Position numbers and translations under genes: made by a program. Positions 18,850-28,054 of a DNA stretch of 64,000 nt are shown piece by piece. Source of the stretch: Candidatus Anderseniibacteriota bacterium. GTDB lineage: Bacteria; Patescibacteriota; Andersenbacteria; UBA10190. The notes under the pieces were generated by a model. That model ran no database searches. It was not told where the DNA came from and saw only the letters and a program-made list of their open reading frames with translations. How positions within the stretch are numbered: the first letter of the stretch is position 1; each line of letters begins with the position of its first letter. The DNA lies in the NCBI GenBank assembly GCA_040900375.1, contig JBBDZC010000021.1:5258-69257 (forward strand). The letters run 5' to 3'.

Positions 18850-19911
18850 GTGAATATGATTGGCATTGACATTTCTGATCGGTCGATAAAGGTTGTCGAA
18901 ATTTCCGGAGGGGAAAACCCTAAACTTCGTACGGTCTGTTGGTCGGCACTTAACCCTAATCTTATTCGGCGCGGTATTGTGCAGGATGTGGCGGCTGTGA
19001 TGCAGGGCTTAGAACAGGCGCTCAACAAATGCTCGCCGGTGCCGGTAGAGGGAAAACGAGTGGTGTTATCTATTCCGGAAACACAATCATTTGTACGTGT
19101 CCTGGATTTACCCGCGATGAGTGAACGAGAAATGAATGAAGCAGTGCAGTGGGCGATTCGCCAGCACATCCCGTTTGACTTAGAGCGTGTCTATCTTGAT
19201 TGGCAACCGCTGGCGACATCACAAACTACCCCCACTCACCGCCAAGTGCTTGTGGGTGCGGCCCAGCGCGATGTCATTGATCCGCTGCTCCAAGTAGTGG
19301 ATGCTCTGGGTCTGGAAGTAGCGGCGCTCGAATTAGAAGCCCAGGCGATTGTCCGTTGCCTCTTGCCGCAAAATGCGGCCGATGTCATGGGGGTTTTGCT
19401 GGTTGATTTAGGGGCAACCTCTACGAATGTTATTTTTGTCGATGAAGGGGCAATGCGCTTTACGACAAGTATTCAGCAGGGCGGTGATGACTTAACGCAG
19501 CAGTTGGCGCAAGAGTTCAAACTGCAGCCCACGATTGCGGCGGAGAAAAAAGCTTTAATTGGAGTCCAAACTAATGGTAATGAGGCGCAGATTGCGGCGA
19601 CGCTACGCTCGGCCACGCTGCGTCTGGTCCAGCAAGTCAGTCAAGTGGTCACGGAATATACGTCCCAGTTACAATCATCACAGGGGCTTCGGGCAATTCT
19701 TTTGGCTGGAGGCGCGGCAAATTTACCAGGCTTGGTCAGTATTTTTGCAGAAGTCTTTCCTGGTATACCCGTCCAGCTTGGCAATCCATGGATTAATCTG
19801 ACGATGGGTAATGGCAAGGAGACAAGTCCGCCTCTCTCGAATGCGGATGCGGCGCACTTTACCACGGCGATTGGCCTCGCTCTCCGGTCGTTAGAGTACG
19901 CGCCGCGGTAG
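18850..19911 (+). CDS. pilM: Type IV pilus assembly protein PilM, copy 2
   Basis: About 50 percent identical to copy 1 (IGIDISDRS, IPETQSF, HIPF, VLVGAA, ALELE-QAIVR blocks conserved). Confidence 0.85.
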   Translation: MNMIGIDISDRSIKVVEISGGENPKLRTVCWSALNPNLIRRGIVQDVAAVMQGLEQALNKCSPVPVEGKRVVLSIPETQSFVRVLDLPAMSEREMNEAVQWAIRQHIPFDLERVYLDWQPLATSQTTPTHRQVLVGAAQRDVIDPLLQVVDALGLEVAALELEAQAIVRCLLPQNAADVMGVLLVDLGATSTNVIFVDEGAMRFTTSIQQGGDDLTQQLAQEFKLQPTIAAEKKALIGVQTNGNEAQIAATLRSATLRLVQQVSQVVTEYTSQLQSSQGLRAILLAGGAANLPGLVSIFAEVFPGIPVQLGNPWINLTMGNGKETSPPLSNADAAHFTTAIGLALRSLEYAPR

Positions 19912-19927
19912 ATCTGGATTTTTTACT

Positions 19928-20509
19928 ATGCGTGAAATTAATCTTTTGCCTCCCTCGCGCCGTCAATCCCTGCGGCGGGAAGTGACGTTGGCTTCCATCG
20001 GACGTTTTTTGAGTAGCTTAATGGTCGGTTTAGGCATGCTGACTGTTGGGGCAGTGTTGGCGATGATCGGTTTGTGGATTTTCTTCTATACTGTGGCCGC
20101 GACCAATAATGTTGAGTTTGAGCGGACCATTGCTCAGTATCGTGAGCTGCGAGATGGAATTGCCGAGCAGAATATTTTTCTTAATTACATTTATGGCTTA
20201 GGCACCGGGCGGCAAGTATGGTCTGATTTTTTGCCAGGGTTGTTTACTAGTATTCCTCCCGGTGTGGAGATTGCCACGATGAGTGGGCGATCGGTTATAA
20301 ATGAGGAAGGGGTAGTGGAGAGTACTTTTACTGTTTCAGGGCGGGCCGCGGCGCGTAGTACACTCACCATTTTTGCTGATCGCCTGCGTCTGTTGCCCGA
20401 CGTGGCTCAGGTTGATGCACCCAGTTCTAATTTGATTCAGCGAGAGAACCCACTGTATCGCTTTACCCTGCAGTTAAAAGACAAGATAATTGAGGAGGAA
20501 GAGCTATGA
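19928..20509 (+). CDS. pilN: PilN-like protein, copy 2
   Basis: MREINLLPP motif plus TM. Confidence 0.75.
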   Translation: MREINLLPPSRRQSLRREVTLASIGRFLSSLMVGLGMLTVGAVLAMIGLWIFFYTVAATNNVEFERTIAQYRELRDGIAEQNIFLNYIYGLGTGRQVWSDFLPGLFTSIPPGVEIATMSGRSVINEEGVVESTFTVSGRAAARSTLTIFADRLRLLPDVAQVDAPSSNLIQRENPLYRFTLQLKDKIIEEEEL

Positions 20510-21111
20510 AAGTCTTGGCCCAAACGAGGACCAGCCAACAGTATCAAAAAATCGTACTTCGCTCGATTATGCTGGTTATTTTAATCGTGGCCCAGCCTTT
20601 TCTATGGAGTATGGTTGCAGGTGTAGCCAATCGGGTCCATGCGCAACAGTCACAGAAACAACAGATTATCGATGTGCAGGCCCGCACTGCCCAAATTAGA
20701 GAAATTAATGTCAGCCAGAAAGAATTTCTTGATCAGCTTGATGTGGTGGTACCGCTGGCGGGCTCACTGTCCCAAATTATTGAGCGGCTGGAGCGCTTAG
20801 CCACCGACCGGCAGCTGCGGTTGTCAATTCTTGATATCAAGGAAGATGTTTTGGAGGAAGCAACGGATTTGGAGAATATTCCGGTGCAGCGTTTTCGGAT
20901 TAGCTTGCAGGTTACGGGCACCCCCGCCCAGTTGTTGACCTATATTGATGCGGTGGAGCATGTACAGGAATTGACTATTTTGGAGGACTGGTCCTTTGTG
21001 GCAGCCACGGCCCCGGTTAGTTTCCCGGCTCCGGATGCGGTCTATCCTTATACCGCGACGATGAGCCTTTTATTCTTTTTACAGTCGGAAATCGATGCCG
21101 TCGAAGAGTAA
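20506..21111 (+). CDS. pilO: PilO-like protein, copy 2
   Basis: Position and topology equivalent to copy 1; 4-nt overlap with pilN2. Confidence 0.5.
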   Translation: MKVLAQTRTSQQYQKIVLRSIMLVILIVAQPFLWSMVAGVANRVHAQQSQKQQIIDVQARTAQIREINVSQKEFLDQLDVVVPLAGSLSQIIERLERLATDRQLRLSILDIKEDVLEEATDLENIPVQRFRISLQVTGTPAQLLTYIDAVEHVQELTILEDWSFVAATAPVSFPAPDAVYPYTATMSLLFFLQSEIDAVEE

Positions 21112-21433
21112 ATCATTCCTGATTCGCCTGTTACCCCGCTTTAATACTTTCGGGGCTTTTATCTTCGCCTGGTTGGGCACGGCGATCATGCGCCTGCTAG
21201 TTATTTTTATTGGCGTGTTGCTTCTTGCCTATATGCTGTATCTTAATGTGTGGCAACCGCTGCGCCAGGAGGTAGAATTGCCCCCGGGGGTTACCCCCAC
21301 TAATCCCGAGCTAGATGTTACCCGCTTAAAGGAAATTAATAACCAGCGCTCTCAACGTTTTCAAAGTATCCGTCGTAATTTCGAGACGCGAAATTTTCTG
21401 TTTGTCCCCCAGCAAACTTCAGGAACGCCTTAA
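21095..21433 (+). CDS. Small single-TM protein, 4th gene of pilMNO module 2
   Basis: Hydrophobic segment LLVIFIGVLLLAYMLY; position mirrors 18435 gene. Confidence 0.4.
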   Translation: MPSKSKSFLIRLLPRFNTFGAFIFAWLGTAIMRLLVIFIGVLLLAYMLYLNVWQPLRQEVELPPGVTPTNPELDVTRLKEINNQRSQRFQSIRRNFETRNFLFVPQQTSGTP

Positions 21434-21452
21434 TAGAGAAGAGCGAGCGACC

Positions 21453-21863
21453 ATGTCTCGTGTCCTAGTTTTTGGTACATTTGATCCCTTGCACGAAGGC
21501 CATCATAATTTCTTTAATCAGGCAAAAGCCGAAGGGACACACTTGACTGTCGTAGTGGCCCGCGATAGTCAAGTGCGCGTGCAGAAAGGACGGGAACCCC
21601 ACCAGCCCGAGAGAGAGCGCTTGCAGGCGGTCGCGCGCGCGAGCGCTGTTGATCAAGTCTTGTTGGGAGAAGAAGGTGAGCAGAGCTACGCACTCTTGGG
21701 GCGTCTGGCCTTCGAGGTACTGGCGGTAGGATATGATCAGGAACCGGACGATGCAGAAATTCAGGAGCAACTTCGGGCGTGTGGTAAACAGGCGGTGCGC
21801 TTGGTGAGACTGAAACCATATCAACCAGACATCTATAAGTCATCATACCTACGCAGTAAGTGA
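21453..21863 (+). CDS. Cytidylyltransferase-like nucleotidyltransferase (HxGH superfamily; RibL/TagD-like)
   Basis: VLVFGTFDPLHEGH near the N-terminus; start at ATG 21453. Confidence 0.6.
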   Translation: MSRVLVFGTFDPLHEGHHNFFNQAKAEGTHLTVVVARDSQVRVQKGREPHQPERERLQAVARASAVDQVLLGEEGEQSYALLGRLAFEVLAVGYDQEPDDAEIQEQLRACGKQAVRLVRLKPYQPDIYKSSYLRSK

Positions 21864-21902
21864 TCGGGAGTTTTATGCTTAATCTGCTATCCTAGATCTC
21901 AT

Positions 21903-22235
21903 ATGCCAGCTTCTCTAACTAGTGAGCAACTGCGAGCTGCCTTGCGGACAGTGCTTGATCCGGAACTAGGTTTTTCAATCGTAGATTTGGGCTTAGTCTA
22001 CGCGCTGGACTACGACGGCGCTGGCAATGTGCACATTCTCTTAACCTTGACTACGCCAACATGTCCCCTGCAAGACCACTTCCGACAAGCTATTACTACC
22101 GCTTTACAATCATTGCCGCAGGTACATAATGTTGCTATTGATTTTACTTTTACGCCTCGTTGGAACCTAGAGAAAGCGACCGCCCAAGTGCGGGAAGGAC
22201 TTGCCTTACTCGGCATAGGGACACTGCGGTGGTGA
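21903..22235 (+). CDS. DUF59/MIP18-family Fe-S cluster assembly protein (SufT-like)
   Basis: VLDPELGFSIVDLGLVY...TTPTCPL characteristic of DUF59. Confidence 0.7.
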   Translation: MPASLTSEQLRAALRTVLDPELGFSIVDLGLVYALDYDGAGNVHILLTLTTPTCPLQDHFRQAITTALQSLPQVHNVAIDFTFTPRWNLEKATAQVREGLALLGIGTLRW

Positions 22236-22236
22236 C

Positions 22237-23100
22237 GTGTCTATGACCTACGATCTCCATCTCCATTCCGCGTGCTCGGATGGAGACTTATCTCCCACAG
22301 CCGTCATGGCGGAGGCTGCCGGGCGGGGTCTGGCGGGCGTTAGTTTGACGGACCACAATGGCTTGTGGGGACTTGAGGAAGCGCAAACGGCTGCGGCCGA
22401 GCACGATTTGGTTTTTGTGTCCGGTATTGAGGTGACGGCTCTCTATGGTGCGGCCGATGTGCATATTTTAGGATATAGCCGCAATTTTGCGGCCAAGACG
22501 CTGCGGGCGGGGCTGGCAACAACTCGGGCAGGGTATCGGACGCGGGTGGAAGAGATGGTGGAGCGTTGTCATGCGGCTGGATATCCGCAAGTCTCCTTTG
22601 CCGATATTGTGGCGGACAGAGCTAAGCAGGCCGATCCCTGCTATGTGTCGTATGATGTGGCGCGCAAGCTGACGGAGCACGGTGGCCTCACGCTTGAGCA
22701 AGCTCGGCAACTAACCGTTCGCGGAGGAGCGTGCTATGTACCCTATAGCTCTTGGACCCTGTCACCCGCGGCTGTCGTGGCGCTGCTGCATGAAGCCCAC
22801 GGGATTGCAGTCTTAGCTCATCCTGGTACCGTCGCTTACGAGACCGGCCAAGACACCTTAGATGAGCTGATTGACGGACTAGTAGAGGCCGGTCTCGATG
22901 GCATTGAGGTACATCATCCTTTTCATGATCGGGCATTGGTTGCTGTCTTGCTTGAACGTATTAGGCGAGATAATTTGCTTGTGACGGGTGGTTCAGATTG
23001 GCATGGACCGGGGCGTTTTCACAAAGGCTACTTTGGTCGAAGCGGTATTGATGAGACACAGTTTAGGGTTTTAGCCGAGCGGCTCGAAGAGGTACAGTAG
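22237..23100 (+). CDS. PHP-domain metal-dependent phosphoesterase
   Basis: DLHLHSACSDG...LTDHN...HPG motifs of the PHP family. Confidence 0.75.
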   Translation: MSMTYDLHLHSACSDGDLSPTAVMAEAAGRGLAGVSLTDHNGLWGLEEAQTAAAEHDLVFVSGIEVTALYGAADVHILGYSRNFAAKTLRAGLATTRAGYRTRVEEMVERCHAAGYPQVSFADIVADRAKQADPCYVSYDVARKLTEHGGLTLEQARQLTVRGGACYVPYSSWTLSPAAVVALLHEAHGIAVLAHPGTVAYETGQDTLDELIDGLVEAGLDGIEVHHPFHDRALVAVLLERIRRDNLLVTGGSDWHGPGRFHKGYFGRSGIDETQFRVLAERLEEVQ

Positions 23101-23104
23101 AAGT

Positions 23105-24064
23105 ATGGAATATATTGGGGTTGATGCCGGCGCCACGTGGATTAAAGCGAGCCGCTTTGATGCGACCATGCGGGTGTTAGAGCACGTTAGTATTCCCAGC
23201 GGAGCTGGGACCGGGCCACATGAGTATTTTGCAAGTATTGCGCAAGCTGTAGCGCAGTGCGGACGAGAAAGATTGCCGATTGGTTTAGCGTTACCCGCTG
23301 CCTTAACGCCGGACGGGCAGAAAATTCATTATCTTGTAAATGTAAAGGGATTGGGCGTGGGCAGTGAGGGGATCACTCTCCCGGCAGCCCTTTCTCCCCA
23401 TATGGACGCCGCGCAGGTGGTCGCTGCCAATGATGCCAGTTGTGCGGCCTTAGGCGAATGGGGGTATGGCCAAGGTGGCAGTGATCTGGTTGTGCGCTTG
23501 CTGCACCTTACCTGGGGCACGGGTATTGGGACTGGTTTTGTGAGTAATGGACGGATGCACTATGGCTGGGAAGGAGGCCATCTTCCGGTAGCGCATTCTC
23601 GACCAGCTCCCCTGCCCTGCAATTGCGGCTCCCGCACTGACATTGAGGCATATGCCGCCGTTCCCCATCTGGTAGCGTCTGCGTATGCGCTCTGGCAGGA
23701 GAGAAAAACTCCTACTAGTTTGACGGCTGCTGACTTCGCTGACCGCACTAAAACTTCTTCTATTTTAGTCCAGCACGCAGTCGCCGGTGATGAACTGTGC
23801 CAGCAGGTTTTGCAGCAGGGTATACATGCCCTGGCGCAGGGCCTGGCGGCCATGGCAGTGATTGCGTACCCGACGGTGGTAACGATTGGCGGGGCGATGA
23901 TGAGCCATGAGTGGCTGCTGCCGCGACTACACCAGGCAATTGCCAGTGGCAATGAGGGCCTGGCAGCAGTGGTGCTGCCGCCAACAATGGTGTCGCAAGC
24001 GAAGCTTGGTAATGATGCGGGCATGACTGGGGCAGCAATGCTCGCCCGATCGCGCTTTGGTTAA
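23105..24064 (+). CDS. ROK-family sugar kinase / transcriptional regulator-like
   Basis: IGVDAGATWIKA N-terminus, ROK zinc motif CNCGSRTDIEAYAA. Confidence 0.7.
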   Translation: MEYIGVDAGATWIKASRFDATMRVLEHVSIPSGAGTGPHEYFASIAQAVAQCGRERLPIGLALPAALTPDGQKIHYLVNVKGLGVGSEGITLPAALSPHMDAAQVVAANDASCAALGEWGYGQGGSDLVVRLLHLTWGTGIGTGFVSNGRMHYGWEGGHLPVAHSRPAPLPCNCGSRTDIEAYAAVPHLVASAYALWQERKTPTSLTAADFADRTKTSSILVQHAVAGDELCQQVLQQGIHALAQGLAAMAVIAYPTVVTIGGAMMSHEWLLPRLHQAIASGNEGLAAVVLPPTMVSQAKLGNDAGMTGAAMLARSRFG

Positions 24065-24160
24065 AAGGAATTACGTTAAGAAAAAAGCCCCCCTCCGCTT
24101 TTTTTCATTCGCTCGAGTAGGGCGAAGGAAAGTAAGGGGAGAGAGGCTGGTCGCGGTACG

Positions 24161-24325
24161 CTACTCATCATGCTGCAGATGGTGAACTTTTTCACGAAGT
24201 TCTTCGTCTGTGGCATGGACGAGTTGCTCGGTGGGGATGAGTCCGAAGAGCGTATCTTCGAGTTCGTCGCGAGTCATTCTGTTGACGATCTCATCATCCA
24301 AGGCTCGCATCAGGGGCTCTGACAT
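24161..24325 (-). CDS. Small acidic hypothetical protein (54 aa)
   Basis: ATG at 24325 preceded on the coding strand by GGAGG with 5-nt spacer. Confidence 0.35.
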   Translation of the reverse strand: MSEPLMRALDDEIVNRMTRDELEDTLFGLIPTEQLVHATDEELREKVHHLQHDE

Positions 24326-24533
24326 GGTGTCCTCCAGGTCTCTCGTGCCCGGTATCGGGGGGGCACGGGGAGAGAGGGGCCGAGGGAGGGGCCGAAGGGA
24401 AAGTCCTGGCCTCACGTTCGAACAGCTGATAGTTCTTGAGAGTGTCCTCCAAGACTTTGTTCAGCTGCTGCCGGCGGGCCAGCGCATCAGGATGAGTGCT
24501 AAAACTACTTTGCGGTTGGGGGGCAGGGGTCAT
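24294..24533 (-). CDS. Small hypothetical protein (79 aa)
   Basis: ATG preceded by GGAG with 6-nt spacer; overlaps downstream small ORF by about 30 nt. Confidence 0.35.
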   Translation of the reverse strand: MTPAPQPQSSFSTHPDALARRQQLNKVLEDTLKNYQLFEREARTFPSAPPSAPLSPCPPDTGHERPGGHHVRAPDASLG

Positions 24534-24555
24534 AGTGTCTCCATTCGCCGGGGGA

Positions 24556-24744
24556 TTACTGCACCAAACGGGCCAAGATTTTGAATGCGTCCGAGCTGGG
24601 GTGCAAACTTATCGGTACCTTAAACTCGGGGTTGAAGGTGGGGTCGCGCGCTGCTTTGCACCGAGCCATTTCTTCCAGCTCCGCCACTGTGCGCGGAGAT
24701 TGCGCGCTGGATGCGGGGTCGGAACTCGGCCACACGGCGGTCAT
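24556..24744 (-). CDS. Small hypothetical protein (62 aa)
   Basis: ATG at 24744 preceded by AGGAGG with 5-nt spacer (ORF track starts 2 codons earlier at GTG). Confidence 0.35.
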   Translation of the reverse strand: MTAVWPSSDPASSAQSPRTVAELEEMARCKAARDPTFNPEFKVPISLHPSSDAFKILARLVQ

Positions 24745-24987
24745 GGGCACCTCCTTGTCAGGATAGGTTAAGAAGGAACGGGAGTAACAGGGATAAGGAC
24801 ATTATAGCATTACGGAGTATGATAGTGTATGACAACTTATCCACAATTGTCAATCCCGTTAGAGGTAAGCCGCTCCAAGCGGCTGCCGCCGTCCTGTTTT
24901 GAGGAGGAGAGCGGATCTCTAACGGGATCAACTGTAGTTAGAGACAAAGTCGTTCTACTCTATTGTATGGCTTCGACCACGGAGTTT

Positions 24988-25845
24988 TTAAGGAGAGCCT
25001 TGTTTTTGCCAATGCTTGAGTACTTGTTCGTACACGTCGGGTGTGGATACGTCGAACCATTGTCCCTCAAAGGGATAGCCGTAGAGACGCCCCTGCTCGA
25101 TTAGTTCGGGGAAAATGTCTCGTTCAAGGGATAGTTCCCCTCGCTTTTTGGTGATGAAATTAAAGACACTGGGATTGAGCGCCGCATAACCGGCGAACAC
25201 GAGGCGCGAGACGTCACTACTAATGACTGGCTTCTCGGAAAATTCAACCACCCGGGTGCCGCGCAGCCGTACGGCCCCATAGGCGGAGGGGTCAGCCACC
25301 GAAGTCAACGCAATAGTCCCGACAGCGGCTTTTAAATTTTGGTGAGCTTGGAGGAACTCAGTGAGATCGAGTTCCACTAAGACGTCACCGTAGAGGACGA
25401 GAAATGGGGCGTTACCCAGATACGGCTGACTAGCGCGCAGGGCCCCGCCCGTGCCCGAGGGCTTTTTCTCTTCCACGTAGGTAATGCGGACGCCCCATTT
25501 AGAGCCATCGCCAAAATGTTCTTTAATCTTGGTGGCCAAATGGCTGATAGTCATAATGATCTCGGTAATACCATATTTGCGGAGGAGCTCAATGCTGTAT
25601 TCCAGCAGCGGCCGACCATTGACGGGAATGAGCGGTTTAGGAATTTCATAGGTAAAGGGACGCATTTTAGTACCCTCACCACTGGCAAGAATGACTGCTT
25701 GTTTCGTTTCGGTGTGCAGGGTGCGGGAGAGGAGGACTTCGAGGGCGTGCGAACGGTTACGAATCCGGTGGTGGTCAATCATGCGGTCGAGCCCTCGCAG
25801 GAGGTCATCACGAATTGTTACCGTTATGCGTTCTCGTTGAGCCAT
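24988..25845 (-). CDS. Sugar-1-phosphate nucleotidyltransferase with N-terminal ribbon-helix-helix (CopG/Arc-like) domain
   Basis: ITVTIRDDLLRGLDRMI...NRSHALEVLL (RHH pattern) then AVILASGEGTKMRPFT..KPLIPV (GxGTRxxP NTP-transferase motif) and left-handed beta-helix-free catalytic core. Confidence 0.7.
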   Translation of the reverse strand: MAQRERITVTIRDDLLRGLDRMIDHHRIRNRSHALEVLLSRTLHTETKQAVILASGEGTKMRPFTYEIPKPLIPVNGRPLLEYSIELLRKYGITEIIMTISHLATKIKEHFGDGSKWGVRITYVEEKKPSGTGGALRASQPYLGNAPFLVLYGDVLVELDLTEFLQAHQNLKAAVGTIALTSVADPSAYGAVRLRGTRVVEFSEKPVISSDVSRLVFAGYAALNPSVFNFITKKRGELSLERDIFPELIEQGRLYGYPFEGQWFDVSTPDVYEQVLKHWQKQGSP

Positions 25846-25969
25846 AGGCTTTTTTAGGGTAACACCTTTACCGAACAAAAGGGAAACCCTTTGCTCTTTA
25901 AGGAGGCGCGGGCGCTGCTTTAGATACGCCTATTTGCTCGTCTCTGGACATCTGCGATACGATACAGAG

Positions 25970-26674
25970 ATGATTGAAGACTCAAGGTCGTCGTTTAATG
26001 TCGGTTTAGCGGTGGCGATTGTCCTGGCGGGCGGGATTGTCGCCCTAGCAGTATATTTTGCCCAGGAAAACCGACAGCCGATTGCTTCCGAGTCAGGAGT
26101 GATGCTATCCGAAGTTGCCGGGACCCAAGACGAGCCTATTGTGGTCACGATAGAAGAAGATGATCCGGTGCTGGGAGTAGCGGATGCACCAGTGACGATC
26201 GTGGAGTTTTCTGATTTCGAGTGTCCCTACTGTCGACAATTTCACCAAACCACCTTCCGTCAATTGCGCGAGACGTATATTGATTCAGGCAAGGCTCGTT
26301 TCGTACACAAGGATTTTCCGTTGAGCCAAATTCATCCCCAGGCGCAAGCGGCTGCCGCGGCAGCATACTGTGCGGGCCGACAAGGCCAGTTCTGGGAGTA
26401 CGCCGAGAAACTTTATGCTCCTGAAGCAGTCTTGGATAAGGCAGCCCTGGAGCAGTATGCCCAAGCTCTGACCTTAGATACGACAGCTTTTACCACTTGT
26501 CAGGAGGAGTCAGGCACAGAGGAGAAAATTACTCGGAATGCGCGGGCCGCGATTGCGGCCGGGGTAACAGGCACGCCCGCGTTTGTGGTTAATGGAGTAT
26601 TAATCGAAGGTGCTCTGCCCCTAGCTCAATTTACGGCTACCATTGAGGCGGCCCTGCGTCAGGCACAAGAATAA
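25970..26674 (+). CDS. Membrane-anchored DsbA-family thiol:disulfide oxidoreductase
   Basis: N-terminal TM, thioredoxin-fold active site FECPYCRQF. Confidence 0.75.
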   Translation: MIEDSRSSFNVGLAVAIVLAGGIVALAVYFAQENRQPIASESGVMLSEVAGTQDEPIVVTIEEDDPVLGVADAPVTIVEFSDFECPYCRQFHQTTFRQLRETYIDSGKARFVHKDFPLSQIHPQAQAAAAAAYCAGRQGQFWEYAEKLYAPEAVLDKAALEQYAQALTLDTTAFTTCQEESGTEEKITRNARAAIAAGVTGTPAFVVNGVLIEGALPLAQFTATIEAALRQAQE

Positions 26675-26685
26675 TCGGTATTGCT

Positions 26686-27627
26686 ATGGAAGAAGTTATT
26701 ATCCTGCCGGCGGGGGTTTCCTTTGCCATTCTGGCTTTTTTACTAAGTTTGCTACCCGCGGGGCTTTTCTTGTGGGTCTGGTATTTACGTCGCCATGATC
26801 GCCCGGTACCGACTTCGGCAGTTCTCACGGGGTTGTTTGTTGGCGCTTGTATTGTCATTCCCGCCTTCTATTTGGAAACCGAGGCGAAAGATCTTTGGCA
26901 AACTCTTTCTCCCGCTACTGTCCACAATTTTGATGGTGCCCTGCTGCCGCTGCAAAGCCCGCTTGATATTTTGCTGCCGGCCGTGGGCACGTTTGTGATT
27001 GTGGCGACGGTGGAGGAGGGGTTACGCTTCTTAGCCTTGTGGTGGTGGTTTCGCCGGAGCCGGGCAATTGACCAGGTTTTTGACGGCTTAGTAGTTGGTT
27101 TAGCCGCTGGCCTGGGATTTGCCACGCTGGAAAATACCTTATATTTCCTCGACCTTATTCAGCGCGGCAATTTCGACACGCTCATCTTTGTCTTTTTCTT
27201 ACGGTTTTTGATCTCGACGCTCGCCCACATTAGCTTCGGTGGGATTATGGGTGTCTTAATTGCTCGCGGGGTCTTTGCTGTGTACCGTCCGTCGCGCCAG
27301 CTCATCCAGGCATTTTTGCTGCCTTGGTTCGTGCACGGTCTCTTTGATTTACTCTTGGGCATTAACTTAAGCATGTACGCTGTGATTATTCTTGTGCCGC
27401 CGCTGGCAGTACTTATCTTGTGGAGCACACGCCGAGAGTTCTTTGTGATCAATCGCCAGGGCAGTACGTTGCTGGTGAATCAGCGCGCTCCAGAGACGAG
27501 CGAGGCGAAGCTCATGCAAGACTTCTTTAAGCAGTTTGACTCGCCATGGAATGTGCACGCGCCCTGGCTACGAGAAAAACGCCTCCGGCGGACATTGTTA
27601 CGTCATCTCGAAAGTAATGCGCCATAG
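26686..27627 (+). CDS. PrsW-family intramembrane metalloprotease
   Basis: Polytopic; VATVEEGLRF (EExxK/R), FLISTLAHISFGG (FxxxH), FVHGLFDLLLG (HxxxD). Confidence 0.65.
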   Translation: MEEVIILPAGVSFAILAFLLSLLPAGLFLWVWYLRRHDRPVPTSAVLTGLFVGACIVIPAFYLETEAKDLWQTLSPATVHNFDGALLPLQSPLDILLPAVGTFVIVATVEEGLRFLALWWWFRRSRAIDQVFDGLVVGLAAGLGFATLENTLYFLDLIQRGNFDTLIFVFFLRFLISTLAHISFGGIMGVLIARGVFAVYRPSRQLIQAFLLPWFVHGLFDLLLGINLSMYAVIILVPPLAVLILWSTRREFFVINRQGSTLLVNQRAPETSEAKLMQDFFKQFDSPWNVHAPWLREKRLRRTLLRHLESNAP

Positions 27628-28033
27628 TCTTCGCGTGGTTTGGGCCTTGGCCGGCATTATTATACTGCTCTTATTGTTGCTGATGATATTGCAAGTGGGC
27701 GGTATTGCGATTCGCGGTGTTGGTGGCCCGGCTGACGCGATTACCTTTACCCTTTCCGAGCCGCTCCTGCGCGGGGTTCCCTTAACACTCCAGTGGCAGG
27801 GTGGGGCCACGGATGCGGCTTACGAAGTCCTGATTCTCTGGTATGACGATGAGGGCGACGAAGTGATGGTGGGCAAGGCCGGAATCAATGAACAGCGCGC
27901 GCGAGTGGTTTTGCCTTGTACGACGGTGGGGGATACCGGGACACTGGCGCTGGTTAATCGGGAGACCCAAGAAATTGTGGCGCGGGAATCATTAACCCTT
28001 CTGCCGGCCGGGGCAGAGTGTCTGTTGCGGTAA
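27617..28033 (+). CDS. Hypothetical membrane-anchored protein
   Basis: Start at MRHSL with poly-Leu TM; overlaps PrsW stop by 11 nt. Confidence 0.4.
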   Translation: MRHSLRVVWALAGIIILLLLLLMILQVGGIAIRGVGGPADAITFTLSEPLLRGVPLTLQWQGGATDAAYEVLILWYDDEGDEVMVGKAGINEQRARVVLPCTTVGDTGTLALVNRETQEIVARESLTLLPAGAECLLR

Positions 28034-28054
28034 GGCTACCGGATCGTAGCTGTT

